A stretch of 58,226 nucleotides of DNA from a virus (Duplodnaviria; Caudoviricetes), in the IMG/VR virus record IMGVR_UViG_3300020044_007646, positions 1 through 58,226 of that record. One strand, 5' to 3'. Positions 37,201 to 47,232 of the stretch are shown piece after piece (positions within the stretch are counted from its first letter, which is position 1; the number at the start of each line of letters is the position of its first letter). The notes under the pieces are model-generated. The model was not told the origin of the DNA and did not search any database. It saw only the letters and a program-made list of their open reading frames with translations. A program made the position numbers and the translations under genes.

Positions 37201-40200
37201 AGGCCAATATTAGTTAGCGGTGATTGGGTGATGCATCAGGCAAGCAATGGGTCAATTGTATTTACGCCTAATCAAGGCTTGACTCAAGGTAGAAATTTAC
37301 CTCCTATTGATGTAGCCACGGCTGTTGATTTAAGTGACGAAAATGGCGTTTTAAACTATTTAAAATCTTTAAATCCTGAAAGCTCTAGTGCAGCCGTACC
37401 TGTTGCTTCAGGTCAAGGTGGAATGTCGTCTCAAGGCGTAGTTCACATTAATGACAATAAAACACTACGGGATTTAATTGCAATTGCTAAAAGTAGTGAA
37501 AGTAATGCAAATAAGCTAGATGCTATTAAAGGCATTCTAGGTGAATACATTAAACATGCTCCAGAATGGCAAGATGCAACAGGTGTTAAATCTGATGTGC
37601 GCCAAGGCAGCATTATTGAATCTAATGGCAAAACATATTTAGTAATTGATTCCGACGGTAACGTTGCTGTAGCAAGAGATATTACGGATATTGAAGGTGC
37701 AAACCATTACATTCTTTCTGGAGACGCAATCAATACTAATGCTGTAAGACACGATGTTCTCGAACGCATTTTTAACGATCACAATATTGGCGGCGTAGAT
37801 AGGTCAATGATTAGACCAGTATCCGCTGGCAATACAGACCTAGAAAGAGCAATGGCAGAAGCCATGCTTACTATTTCATCTGGCGCCGACGTGTATTTAT
37901 TCCACGACATTGTTGATGCAACACACGAAGAGTTACCTGCAGCCCTTTTGAAAATTGCAACACAGGAACATGATGATTACCTTGATTTATATAAGTCGTT
38001 AGTCACATCATTATCCGCATGGATTGACGCTAATCCCGAATTGGCTCACATGGGTTATATTTCTGCAGCAAGCGCATTTAACGACTTGATGTCTACTATT
38101 GATGTTAACTCGCCAACAAATGCCGGGAAGTTACGACAGGCATATCACTTATTGCGTCTGTCGAATTTCAACCCTGAGATAGAAGCAGCGATTGCTGCAG
38201 CGGAAACAAGACTTGGTGCAGCACCTGAGCCAACTGGCACAGAGCCAATAGACGTAACAGTGTTTTCTAGAACAGGTGCGCCACGAACGACTAGGACGAC
38301 AGAAGCTCAAGCATTAATAGTTAATGCAGCGTTAGGTTTAAACAGAGCATTGCTCAGCGGTGGAGATGTTTCACCTGAACGCATGAACAGAGAATTGGCG
38401 CGTATCTTCAAGTTGTATCCATCTTTATCGGCAAACAAAGAAGCGGCACAAGCAAAGATTGTTGAGCTTGCAGGGTTACTAAGAAGTGTTCACCCACTAA
38501 TTTACTCTAAGGTTTTAGGGTCGCCACGCATGTGGATGATTTCTAAGTTTGCTGGTTTGCCAGCAGAAATTCAAGCGCTGGCTGCAGTATTGCCAGAAAG
38601 AGGACCAGATAATTTAGTTGGCTCTAATCCAATATTAGCAACTGAGGCTGGATATACAGCTGCGCTTGAAAAAGTACGTTCCGCCTATAACGTTGAAAAA
38701 ACATTAGGCACGTTAGATGATTTCAAGCAGGAACTATACGACAATGGCCTTGGATATTTTTGGGAAGTAGTTCATAACCCAGAATATATTGCAAATCAGA
38801 ATGCCGAAAGAACAGCGATTGCATCTGATTTTAGAAGAGCACGTGTATTTAACGACACTAAGGCGGATTCATTAACGCAAATGCTTGTGAATCAAGCAAC
38901 TGCGGTATACGTAGATACTGTTCGTAAGTTAGCGCAAAATCAGTCATTGCCAACAGACCAGCAAACATCTATCAATCTTGGTGACGCTGTTATTGCGCAA
39001 CGCTACGTTGACATGGACGCTGCTAACGAGCAATTAACTGGCACGGAATTAGTAGTTTCCGGATCTGTTACGAGTCAAGAACAGACGGCTTTAAGTCTTG
39101 CAGCAGCGCAAGCTACGTTAGCTGACGTTGCAGAAACAATGAAGAAGGTTGGAACTGACGTTGCATTAATTGACGCATCACAACAATTTGGTGTTGGGAC
39201 AATTGACAATGGCACAGGCCATGACGTAGCAACAGGACTTACGCTTGCAAAGGAATTGTCAATAGAAAAGGCTATAACTGACTCTTATTCAAAACTGACA
39301 GATAAAGAAAAAATTGACACTATATTATTTAAAGGAGCATGGCCAACTATTCAAGGATTAATGAGCGAGGCTCTAAGGTCTGGTGATAGTGGCGTTCACG
39401 ATTCTTTGCTGTCCGTGCTTGCAGATTTGTCAAATGGTGAAATTGAATACCCAATGCTTATGTTTATGGGTGATCCAAGTTCTTGGAATCAATTTAAAAA
39501 TGACATTAATGTTGTTAGGCAATATGTTAAAAACACAAACATGATTGGCGGAGCTGATCAGCATGCCACGGTTAGAAATCGTGCAATTGCTACGCTACGA
39601 AAAATATTGGCTACAGACATACCAATTGATGACACAAACGTTGATAACGTAAAAGCTTGGCTTAATTTCCAAAATATGTTTTTAAAGACATTTACAAGCC
39701 GAGTACTAGAATCTCACGTTATTGGTGCAACCAAAAATCTTAAAATTGCACAAGACACAATTTTTAAATTAGAGCAACAGAATCGAAATTTACAGGAAGT
39801 TGTACGCCTAGCATCATTAGCTCAGGATGCAAACATGGGTCTTGAGGATTACATGCAGTTATCTAGAGACGTAACTGGTGCAGTCGTCAAATTCATGGGG
39901 TTTGAATTTAGTGCTGGTGAAAGCATGTTGATCTCAGATGCAGTACATGCATTGATTAGCACATTTACCCCAGAAGAATTAGCTCAACCCGGAGCAGCTC
40001 GCGAACTATCCGAACGTGCAGCTGAACTTGAGCAAGCAATTGTTACTGCTGGTGGCGATATGAAGTCGCTTGCTGATGCGCAAGGAAATGCTAACGTTAC
40101 TGTTGTGGAATACGACAGAGGTGCGTTAGGCAATGATATTTCAATTGCTGACCCAAACTCACCACAAGCAACAAAGGTTAAGTTGCTGAGGGCAAATAAT

Positions 40201-43200
40201 AGAGCTGGTTTAGAGAAGCTGTTTTTATCTATGATGTGGGGTGAAGCAGCTAATGACAACCCAGTTGATGTAACTATATTGGATGCGATTGCTGGCAAAT
40301 TTGAAGAATCACAATTATTAAAACAACTTACTGAAACAAGAAGTTTACAAACAAAGTTTAGAAAGGTGTTTTTGCCAGCGCAGGATAGCACATTTGAAGT
40401 TGCCGTAATGCCGGGTAGTGGACGCGTACACACTACTAATAAATCTGCTGAAGATTTAATTAATGGGCAAATCTTCTTCAATAGTGTTTACGAACAAGGT
40501 ATTGCTGCTACAAAAAACGATCCAGCCAAACAAAAGAAATTCATAGACGCTATGAATGACTTGTTCAACAGTAGTCGTGAGGATGGAAGTCAAACATCCA
40601 GAATTTCAATGAAGATGTTACAGGAAGTATTATCGGCAATTGGACTCCGATCATCTTCTTTTATGGCAAAGTCAAACCTTGGAAACACGTTTGTAATTGG
40701 CATGGAATCCAGAAGTCAATATTTTGCTCCATACATGATTACAACAATGTTGACAGCAATGGACGTACAAGGCAAGGTGCGCGTCGATGCGGATCCTACA
40801 ACTCCTAAAGCTCCAGTCTACGATGTGCGTGATCAAATTAAGGGTGATGCTGTAGAGTACGAAAAATCCGTTGCAGGTAATCTGTCAAAATTCTCTATAT
40901 TCTCTACTCCTCAAGACATGTCTAAGATGACTGTAGAGCAATTGGAGGACATGCTTAAGTATTACAATGCAATCGTAAATAAGAATACGCTGTCGTTAAA
41001 TGCTACAGATTTAGCCAGAGTCAAAAAAATACGTGATGCATACGCTAATGTTTTATCTGAATACGGAAGCAATAAAAAAGCTCGCGATGTTTCTGCTGTT
41101 ACAACAGTTGTAACAAATAAGGCAAATGCCATTGAGGTGTCCCGTCAACTTGCTAAGCTCTATGATATTTATTCATTAAGCCAAGCTGAAAGAGACATGG
41201 AAGCAGACATTGATTTAAATCCTGCACCTGCTCGTTCGGAATACTTAGCACTTATGGCTTTAGCTCGTATTGACTCGTCAATCATTGAGCAGTTTGCAGC
41301 TGCAAATGCATCAATTGCCAATATAACTAGCGGCAAAATTGTAAACCTTGATAAGTCAGAAACTGTATTGCTTTCACCAGAACAACTTTTGCGATTACGT
41401 AGTTTGCGTTTAGCTCAACTGCAGCAAAATTTTTACAATCAAGACAATCAATTGTTTGCGACAATGCAACAACATCTAATTGATACTTCTAATTTAAGTC
41501 ATAGGGATAATCCTAATACTGGCGAATACATTTATGGAATGACTCATCAATTGGGTAGATCAAATGACGCAGTTGCAAGGTTATTGTATATAGCATCTAA
41601 GAAGGGCTTTGATCGAACCGCTTACACAATTGCACATGAAGTGTCTCACGTGTTGTTTTTGTCATTGCCTGATTACATGCAAATTGACTACCTTAAATCT
41701 GTGTTACCAGAAAAAGGCACTGATGGACGTGATGACAAAATTCAACCAGCAATGTCAGATGCTTATACGTTAATTGACTCAGTCGTTAAAGCTTACGATG
41801 CGCATATAAATGCTGGTGGGACTAAATACGATTTTAAATTACGTAATATTTCCGGTTGGACTGATTGGGGTACGGTTTTGCATGAAATGACCGCTACGTC
41901 ATTCATGAACTTTTTGACTCATGATGGTGTTGTGTATGCCAAGGGTATTGAAAAAAGCCGTGCAGATAATGTCACTGCAGTACTACACAATCTTGGTAAC
42001 GTGTTACGACCTATTGCTGAACGGTTGGGTGCTGCTAGTGCTGGAAATGTAGTTATGCAGGATGGCAGTCCAATGAATGCATACTTTATTGATCCTGCTG
42101 CAGTTACTTATAAATCTACTGTTGATTCAGGAAATGACAGAACGTTTTACCCACTACAGCATTACAGCTGGCTAAATTTTACTGTGCATCATCAACGTGA
42201 GGCATCAGGAGCATTACTCAGTGTTACGCCATTTGACATGATGGGATTGGTTGATGGAAACAACCCGTTTATGAAAAAGATGTTTGGTGGTCATTACGAC
42301 ACAATTAAATCTTTGATGAGTAAGGGTGGAGTGGTATTAGACAGTTCATTGCAAGTAGGAAGATTTTTAAATAACGCTGCTACTGCAACTGAATTAGCTT
42401 CTGGTCAAAGAGCAACCGGTCGTGTAGTTGGCATGGTTATGTCTAGCGATTACGCAACCCAAGAAGAAGCAAGGCAAGCAGGAGCAAAATACGCCTTTAC
42501 CATGAAGAACACTCGTGGAAAAGATGTTATTTGGATTGACGTAAGTAACGACAATAATAAGATGTCTTGGTATAAGCTTCAGTTTGAAGGTAAAGGTACA
42601 TTCAGAAAAGGTCAACAACGAGCTGGCAAGAAAGACTACATGTACATTGTTGAGACCACTGGAAACCTTAACATGTATGAAAAGGATGGAGATCGCCATA
42701 AATTAATGGCGGATGGAAAAATATCTAAAGCTAAAATGCGCATTCTTGTTGGGCATGATGCATTTGCAACTGAGGACAAATTAGCAAAACCATATATAGT
42801 TTCAACGGGTAAGGTTGACACGCCGAAGTTCAACAACGTTGTGCATTCAATGTTAGCGCGTGTTGACAAATCTATTATTGAAATGTCGGGACAATTGAAT
42901 TATGACCATCAACAAGGTTTGATTCAATCACTTGCCAAGGAATATGCTGGCGTCGAGGATGGTTCATTTACTAACGTTTATGGAGCCAATATATTTAACT
43001 TGCTTCAAGACCAGCGTTTAAATATCGGCGAAAGAATTGCCAATGCAGATAAGACAAACTTGTCTGCTCAATCAATAGCTGCTGTTGATCCATGGGCTAG
43101 ATATAAATACAATAAGACGCAGTTTAGAAATAGGCTTACTGAGTTATTGCCAGAACTTGGCCCAGACACATTGGATTTGTTAGGGTCATTTCTTTACAAT

Positions 43201-46200
43201 CAACGTGGCAACATGATGACTCCAAGTGGTCAACTTAGTGGTTGGTACTCATCCATTCCTGTTAGATACAAACTTGGTTTAAGTGATACTGGAAGTAACT
43301 CGGACAGACTATTAAGCCAGTGGATGGTTAATAAATTTACTAGCCTTGAGGCGATACAGGATTTCCTAAATACTGTCAAACAAGCCATTGTTACAGCAAG
43401 AGAATCTGGTGAAACTTCAATCACAATCCCAGACACCATTTTGAAAATGGGAGATACGTCTATAGATGTCTCTAGTGTTATCAACAGAATATTTACACCA
43501 GAGATGACTGATTCTGAAATTAATGATGTATCAAATACCATTGAAAAATTTGGCACCGATTACTTAATGAAGTTATGGGCAACGACTGGAACTGGGGGCC
43601 TTGTACAGTTATTTAGGGCATTTGAGTTTGCAAAGACAAATTTACAGCCACTAATCTACCCATCGACAATGCCCACAACGTTTGAAAAAGATGGCATTGT
43701 TTACGATGTCAAATCGGCTGTAAATAAGATATTTGATACAAATCAGACAGTAGAGAATGTACGTAATTACGTTGGAACTAACCTACGTGGAGTCCCAGAA
43801 TCTCATTCATCTGAAATACGTTCAATGAGAAACTTAGACATTGCTAATGAAGCAGTGCTTTATCACATAATGACTAAGGTCTTTAGAGATCAACAAAGTC
43901 AGTCTAAGTTTATGAAGGATTTGTTGCGTATTGGTCATACTGAAAACAATACAACACAGCAGATTGATCATGTCAACGCATTAAATATGTTTAATGCTGT
44001 GAGTCATATCTTTGCGACTGACGCTCGTTTGCGCACTGCGACTCAGCGTAACTGGAATGACTCAAAGATTATTGACATTGTAGGTGACGATGTTATTTTT
44101 GAAATCCCAGACAGAGACATTGCGCTTGCTGCTCCGCAACAAGAACAAGGATCGGTTGTGCGCGTTAATTTAAAAACTGGTGTTTCTGAATACGTAGTCA
44201 AAACAAAGAAAGTTATCAACGGTGAAGTAAAGGATACTTGGACTCCAGCACAAAGCATTGACAAAATGTATGGTTATAACGCAACGTCAAAGCCAAATGA
44301 CCCAATGCCTAGCACTGCTCAGCCTTGGACCACAAAGTCTCTTGCACGAAAATATACTGCTACTGATTTATTTGGCGGTGATCGTAAAGCTGCAGAGGTT
44401 CTACAATCAATTCTTGGGCAGAATGAAGTAAGCAGACTTGTCACTGACGACACGTATAAATCTGTCATCTTGCTTCCTAATATTGATGCATTTAAAACTG
44501 GCTCTCAAGATGCTGTGAAGAACAATGGCATCAGTGCTTGGTCTGTTAAATTCAACAAGGAATCTGGATGGAGCTTTACGGAGTTAAATAGCTGGTGGAA
44601 TGAATCTGGTAATCCAAGGTCACAGAATCTACATGCATTGATTAAAGCTGCTATGCCAGCCACAATGAGTGATCAAACCGCTGAAGGTATAAGTAAACTT
44701 AGAGTCCTAAACGAGGAATACCATATAGCAAAGTTACTCGTAGCTCGTGAATCAGTTAAAAAGAGTGACTTATTTAAAAAGTTAAGCGGTGGCGCTAGAG
44801 AACAGTTGTTCCCAGTTGGCGATAGAACCATTATGGGAGACATATCTGGAGATACTTGGTATTCCAAGTCACCTACGTTTATGGAATCTCCAGAACCAGA
44901 ATCAACGCTTGATTATACTTCTGACATAGAGTTAGCCAAGGGTGCTGAAACTGATTACCCAACACTGCATGCATTCTGGCAAGCAAAAATCACGAATGAA
45001 ATCGTAGGACATGCTGAAGCAAATGCGCCTGACGAGTTAGTTATTTATAAGGACCCTAATTTAAAAGGCGCGATAAATAAAACGTTACAAGGCAAACGCA
45101 TAACGCTTGGAATTGGTCAGGAAATGTGGCCCATTGTTGACGAAACAATGAAGAAAAGGAATATGCCTATTGTTAACAGTAATGAGGCTGTATCCATGGA
45201 TATGGCGGACGGATTAACAGTGTTTTCAAAAACTCCACTCGAACACGTCGTAGGAGGAGTAAAAGCCATTGGCCAATTTGGTCAATACATCCTTGGCTAC
45301 GACTTGTCAACAATTGGCATACAAGGTGCGCGTCGTGCAATGAATGATCCATTAGGAGCATTGCATGCGCTTGGTATGTCACTGCCATCAATGATTATGT
45401 TGTCAAGAGACAACTTGCCATTTTTTGCAGGTTATGCAGCCGACATGATTTTAAGGGGTTCAAGAGTAAATTCAAAATGGACTTTGCTTGGAAATGCATA
45501 TTATGAGTTTGCAATGGAGAGCATGTTAAAGCAATTAAATAAGATGAACAAAAGTAATTACACAATGGCTGAGCTTGCCGAACTAGGATGGCGCAGTCAG
45601 TATTACGAATGGAAATCAAAACACACATTAAACAGAATGAAAGATCCAAGTAAATACAAGGATTTAATGGACACGCCTTTTGACATTGATGACGAGTTTA
45701 TTAGTGGTGCAGCTAAGCACTTTGTTGGCATATCTGGGCGTTGGGATCAAACAAGAATATTGTGGCGTGATTTATTTTCACTGAAACAAGCTGTTGACGC
45801 AATGGAATTAGCAGAAGGCCGAAAACGTTTTAATGTTTTTGAAAAACAACAGCAAAATTATAGACAAACACATGATAAACGCAAAGACAAACGAGCTTTA
45901 ATGATGGATATTAATCTTGATTTAGGTAATGCTAAATTTTCAAACTCAAGAATGCAAGCTCCGATGTGGAGTGGTTTAAACTCCATTTGGAACGCATTAG
46001 AAGTTGCTCCGGGGTACAACAGAGCATTTTTGCATTCGATGGATTTAGATGTTTTTCATGGATTAAAAAATAGAGTGAATGGCGCATATATACGACTTAT
46101 GCGTAATGGGCCAAAATTTTTAAGAGGTAATTTATACGACACTGATTTTTCGGATTATTACGCTACGACCAGAACTGGATTGTCTGACTGGGCAAAAAAA

Positions 46201-47232
46201 GCACGAATTAGAGCGCAATTTTTGACGTTTGCTGCGTTGTCAGTGGCTTTTGCATATAACACTAAGCTTATGTGGGATAAAGAGCATCCGAATGAAGCTT
46301 ATGGTTGGAAGGAATTAAGTGTTTACGGCATAAAGAATTTTGGATATATGCATATTTCGCCTACCGAAACAATCGGCATATCTCCATTTACAAAACTTGG
46401 TGGGTTGTTAAGACCTTTAGCGTCTTTGCTGGAACAGTCTGAAAGTACACCAGAAGCCAAATTAAAAGCGCTTGGAAAATCTGTATTAGATACATATGTC
46501 ATGAATAGATGGAACAACTTGGCTCAAGCAACATATGCTGCGCTATCGGGATCATCGTATGGAAACAGACCAGCATTTTCAAGAAATGAAGGTATGGCTA
46601 TTGCTGCTGCAAACAATTTAAAACCACCTATGATATTTCAAACATTGCAGGGAGTTGCTCCTGTACAGAGTAACTTTTTAAGTAATTTTTCAAACTATAC
46701 ATTTGTGCAATCTTGGTATGAGGACATGGCAAAGTATGCAGCGTCTAAAGCTATTCCAGATGAAGAATTAGCAGGGTTGGCGATGTGGGACCAAGAGATT
46801 AATAAGGCTCCAGTAATTACTAATGAAGAAGCAATGGCTATGTTCTGGAAGGGATACGCCATACGCATGTTAGGCTTTGGCTATTACGTCGATCCTGCGA
46901 AATTTCAACGCATGATGGATTTCAAAATACCTATGGGCCTTGCAAGTGCAACTGTTAAGCGTATGTCTTATCTTGAGAGGTCTTGGTGGAAGTACGCAAC
47001 TATTAAGGATGCTTTGGCTGACAAGCGTGGATTAACAAATGTCATTGAAGGATTTGAGGAAGAAACGTGGTCCAAGAAAACTCTCCTTGGATTTGTACCG
47101 CAATCAGCTAAAAAGCACGGCACAAAAATACCAATGAAGGATAGGGAACTACCTCTTGGTGCAAATGCTGAAAAAGCAAGAGCAAAAAAACAATATGAAG
47201 ATGAGGTAAATGGAAATGTCCCAGTTGAATAA
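34225..47232 (+). CDS. Giant (4335 aa) putative ejection/polyvalent protein with zincin motif
   Basis: 13-kb ORF; hydrophobic G/A-rich N-terminal region; TIAHEVSHVLF at 41635 with downstream HEMTA at 41881. Confidence 0.7.
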   Translation: MQTRQQLEAKRKKEEADALARQKALAPRLQAARSGMPESKAPIAELQKASGKPQKTLSSPLVATPDGKVRRGTPEEFKNIHIKEWGAKLKAGDPTVLSSANEWLLQEAHKEKAIDDKTYNSFQESFRKMRVDLNKTFIGGQVDGKTVPLQWPRTVFDKTTKQYVQEKRPVTLADLIVRKGNSWAFIQPQTTGELETILKAKYGKRDAVLGQTQAEVDEYNRPYTPAEQANSYLGTALGGTVGLLAPITDQYGRLEDWGRKKLGEAPYKNPIIADDPSLTGRSFASKFEAARQGTGAGVKSFFATPANWAQNYDIELRAKNAVRELGITDPVKAREEQAKQEEYLRESIRDLAPGSNLLMSDWLDKTWNRFPESDAYNYGMIAGENIPVAVTGLRASIGLMNATSTLGARAFAPLGMASTGRTVGLVTSVAAPVGIRAFRDQLSKPSDVLKSIEKTGDVTPSEKIVRGLETLFDPVGSIYQAGMSPGKEEALSRSDPSGAVRGFVSTATTLGLMAPGAPNLWNDVKSQAKEAVKMYNRSTAFKEAAGVESSVLNSAARFTNSFARVGQNEVGKRVAMDLGFGATQPLGVLGEAAYAHFSERKPNEKPHYPTAIDYGLAVLHGLVASRPGKFAHSLINVNPLGAMEPQALAMDSAVRIVNHPDRRVQILHQWLSETYGRKFNDYDVRLLASQMSTDNLENIQRRLAHVGGTPDPAFKNPIHYVREFINNPDSFSDATKQKYTDLIQNMRGERDKVDHEPDSPLAKVKIHDDLNPATRGIRIQELTSRFLNDINAQAEAAKLASKAKPSDKEPVENQQYYGLRMSDGRLMVFNKAFSSARIIESGNEADITMLSPDSVRELAAVDPKVDSLISLVENSEHIQNIIQSLMDSTFIKDGKIHKFFGLDKNGNAIFALDDGTHKTVNKNIIGSYVGDAEFTDVDAKDGFVPALKYLTEQSGMSAEGDAAAFRKSPVNPLYPHTHEVAKSDAENDTYGLRPILVSGDWVMHQASNGSIVFTPNQGLTQGRNLPPIDVATAVDLSDENGVLNYLKSLNPESSSAAVPVASGQGGMSSQGVVHINDNKTLRDLIAIAKSSESNANKLDAIKGILGEYIKHAPEWQDATGVKSDVRQGSIIESNGKTYLVIDSDGNVAVARDITDIEGANHYILSGDAINTNAVRHDVLERIFNDHNIGGVDRSMIRPVSAGNTDLERAMAEAMLTISSGADVYLFHDIVDATHEELPAALLKIATQEHDDYLDLYKSLVTSLSAWIDANPELAHMGYISAASAFNDLMSTIDVNSPTNAGKLRQAYHLLRLSNFNPEIEAAIAAAETRLGAAPEPTGTEPIDVTVFSRTGAPRTTRTTEAQALIVNAALGLNRALLSGGDVSPERMNRELARIFKLYPSLSANKEAAQAKIVELAGLLRSVHPLIYSKVLGSPRMWMISKFAGLPAEIQALAAVLPERGPDNLVGSNPILATEAGYTAALEKVRSAYNVEKTLGTLDDFKQELYDNGLGYFWEVVHNPEYIANQNAERTAIASDFRRARVFNDTKADSLTQMLVNQATAVYVDTVRKLAQNQSLPTDQQTSINLGDAVIAQRYVDMDAANEQLTGTELVVSGSVTSQEQTALSLAAAQATLADVAETMKKVGTDVALIDASQQFGVGTIDNGTGHDVATGLTLAKELSIEKAITDSYSKLTDKEKIDTILFKGAWPTIQGLMSEALRSGDSGVHDSLLSVLADLSNGEIEYPMLMFMGDPSSWNQFKNDINVVRQYVKNTNMIGGADQHATVRNRAIATLRKILATDIPIDDTNVDNVKAWLNFQNMFLKTFTSRVLESHVIGATKNLKIAQDTIFKLEQQNRNLQEVVRLASLAQDANMGLEDYMQLSRDVTGAVVKFMGFEFSAGESMLISDAVHALISTFTPEELAQPGAARELSERAAELEQAIVTAGGDMKSLADAQGNANVTVVEYDRGALGNDISIADPNSPQATKVKLLRANNRAGLEKLFLSMMWGEAANDNPVDVTILDAIAGKFEESQLLKQLTETRSLQTKFRKVFLPAQDSTFEVAVMPGSGRVHTTNKSAEDLINGQIFFNSVYEQGIAATKNDPAKQKKFIDAMNDLFNSSREDGSQTSRISMKMLQEVLSAIGLRSSSFMAKSNLGNTFVIGMESRSQYFAPYMITTMLTAMDVQGKVRVDADPTTPKAPVYDVRDQIKGDAVEYEKSVAGNLSKFSIFSTPQDMSKMTVEQLEDMLKYYNAIVNKNTLSLNATDLARVKKIRDAYANVLSEYGSNKKARDVSAVTTVVTNKANAIEVSRQLAKLYDIYSLSQAERDMEADIDLNPAPARSEYLALMALARIDSSIIEQFAAANASIANITSGKIVNLDKSETVLLSPEQLLRLRSLRLAQLQQNFYNQDNQLFATMQQHLIDTSNLSHRDNPNTGEYIYGMTHQLGRSNDAVARLLYIASKKGFDRTAYTIAHEVSHVLFLSLPDYMQIDYLKSVLPEKGTDGRDDKIQPAMSDAYTLIDSVVKAYDAHINAGGTKYDFKLRNISGWTDWGTVLHEMTATSFMNFLTHDGVVYAKGIEKSRADNVTAVLHNLGNVLRPIAERLGAASAGNVVMQDGSPMNAYFIDPAAVTYKSTVDSGNDRTFYPLQHYSWLNFTVHHQREASGALLSVTPFDMMGLVDGNNPFMKKMFGGHYDTIKSLMSKGGVVLDSSLQVGRFLNNAATATELASGQRATGRVVGMVMSSDYATQEEARQAGAKYAFTMKNTRGKDVIWIDVSNDNNKMSWYKLQFEGKGTFRKGQQRAGKKDYMYIVETTGNLNMYEKDGDRHKLMADGKISKAKMRILVGHDAFATEDKLAKPYIVSTGKVDTPKFNNVVHSMLARVDKSIIEMSGQLNYDHQQGLIQSLAKEYAGVEDGSFTNVYGANIFNLLQDQRLNIGERIANADKTNLSAQSIAAVDPWARYKYNKTQFRNRLTELLPELGPDTLDLLGSFLYNQRGNMMTPSGQLSGWYSSIPVRYKLGLSDTGSNSDRLLSQWMVNKFTSLEAIQDFLNTVKQAIVTARESGETSITIPDTILKMGDTSIDVSSVINRIFTPEMTDSEINDVSNTIEKFGTDYLMKLWATTGTGGLVQLFRAFEFAKTNLQPLIYPSTMPTTFEKDGIVYDVKSAVNKIFDTNQTVENVRNYVGTNLRGVPESHSSEIRSMRNLDIANEAVLYHIMTKVFRDQQSQSKFMKDLLRIGHTENNTTQQIDHVNALNMFNAVSHIFATDARLRTATQRNWNDSKIIDIVGDDVIFEIPDRDIALAAPQQEQGSVVRVNLKTGVSEYVVKTKKVINGEVKDTWTPAQSIDKMYGYNATSKPNDPMPSTAQPWTTKSLARKYTATDLFGGDRKAAEVLQSILGQNEVSRLVTDDTYKSVILLPNIDAFKTGSQDAVKNNGISAWSVKFNKESGWSFTELNSWWNESGNPRSQNLHALIKAAMPATMSDQTAEGISKLRVLNEEYHIAKLLVARESVKKSDLFKKLSGGAREQLFPVGDRTIMGDISGDTWYSKSPTFMESPEPESTLDYTSDIELAKGAETDYPTLHAFWQAKITNEIVGHAEANAPDELVIYKDPNLKGAINKTLQGKRITLGIGQEMWPIVDETMKKRNMPIVNSNEAVSMDMADGLTVFSKTPLEHVVGGVKAIGQFGQYILGYDLSTIGIQGARRAMNDPLGALHALGMSLPSMIMLSRDNLPFFAGYAADMILRGSRVNSKWTLLGNAYYEFAMESMLKQLNKMNKSNYTMAELAELGWRSQYYEWKSKHTLNRMKDPSKYKDLMDTPFDIDDEFISGAAKHFVGISGRWDQTRILWRDLFSLKQAVDAMELAEGRKRFNVFEKQQQNYRQTHDKRKDKRALMMDINLDLGNAKFSNSRMQAPMWSGLNSIWNALEVAPGYNRAFLHSMDLDVFHGLKNRVNGAYIRLMRNGPKFLRGNLYDTDFSDYYATTRTGLSDWAKKARIRAQFLTFAALSVAFAYNTKLMWDKEHPNEAYGWKELSVYGIKNFGYMHISPTETIGISPFTKLGGLLRPLASLLEQSESTPEAKLKALGKSVLDTYVMNRWNNLAQATYAALSGSSYGNRPAFSRNEGMAIAAANNLKPPMIFQTLQGVAPVQSNFLSNFSNYTFVQSWYEDMAKYAASKAIPDEELAGLAMWDQEINKAPVITNEEAMAMFWKGYAIRMLGFGYYVDPAKFQRMMDFKIPMGLASATVKRMSYLERSWWKYATIKDALADKRGLTNVIEGFEEETWSKKTLLGFVPQSAKKHGTKIPMKDRELPLGANAEKARAKKQYEDEVNGNVPVE

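Noticed and set aside
39391-42771. VHDSL and GHDAFAT strings resembling T7/N4-type RNAP motif C in the giant protein
   Set aside because: No correctly spaced motif A or B (RxxxKxxxxxxxYG) found, so a virion RNAP call is unsupported without structure prediction.
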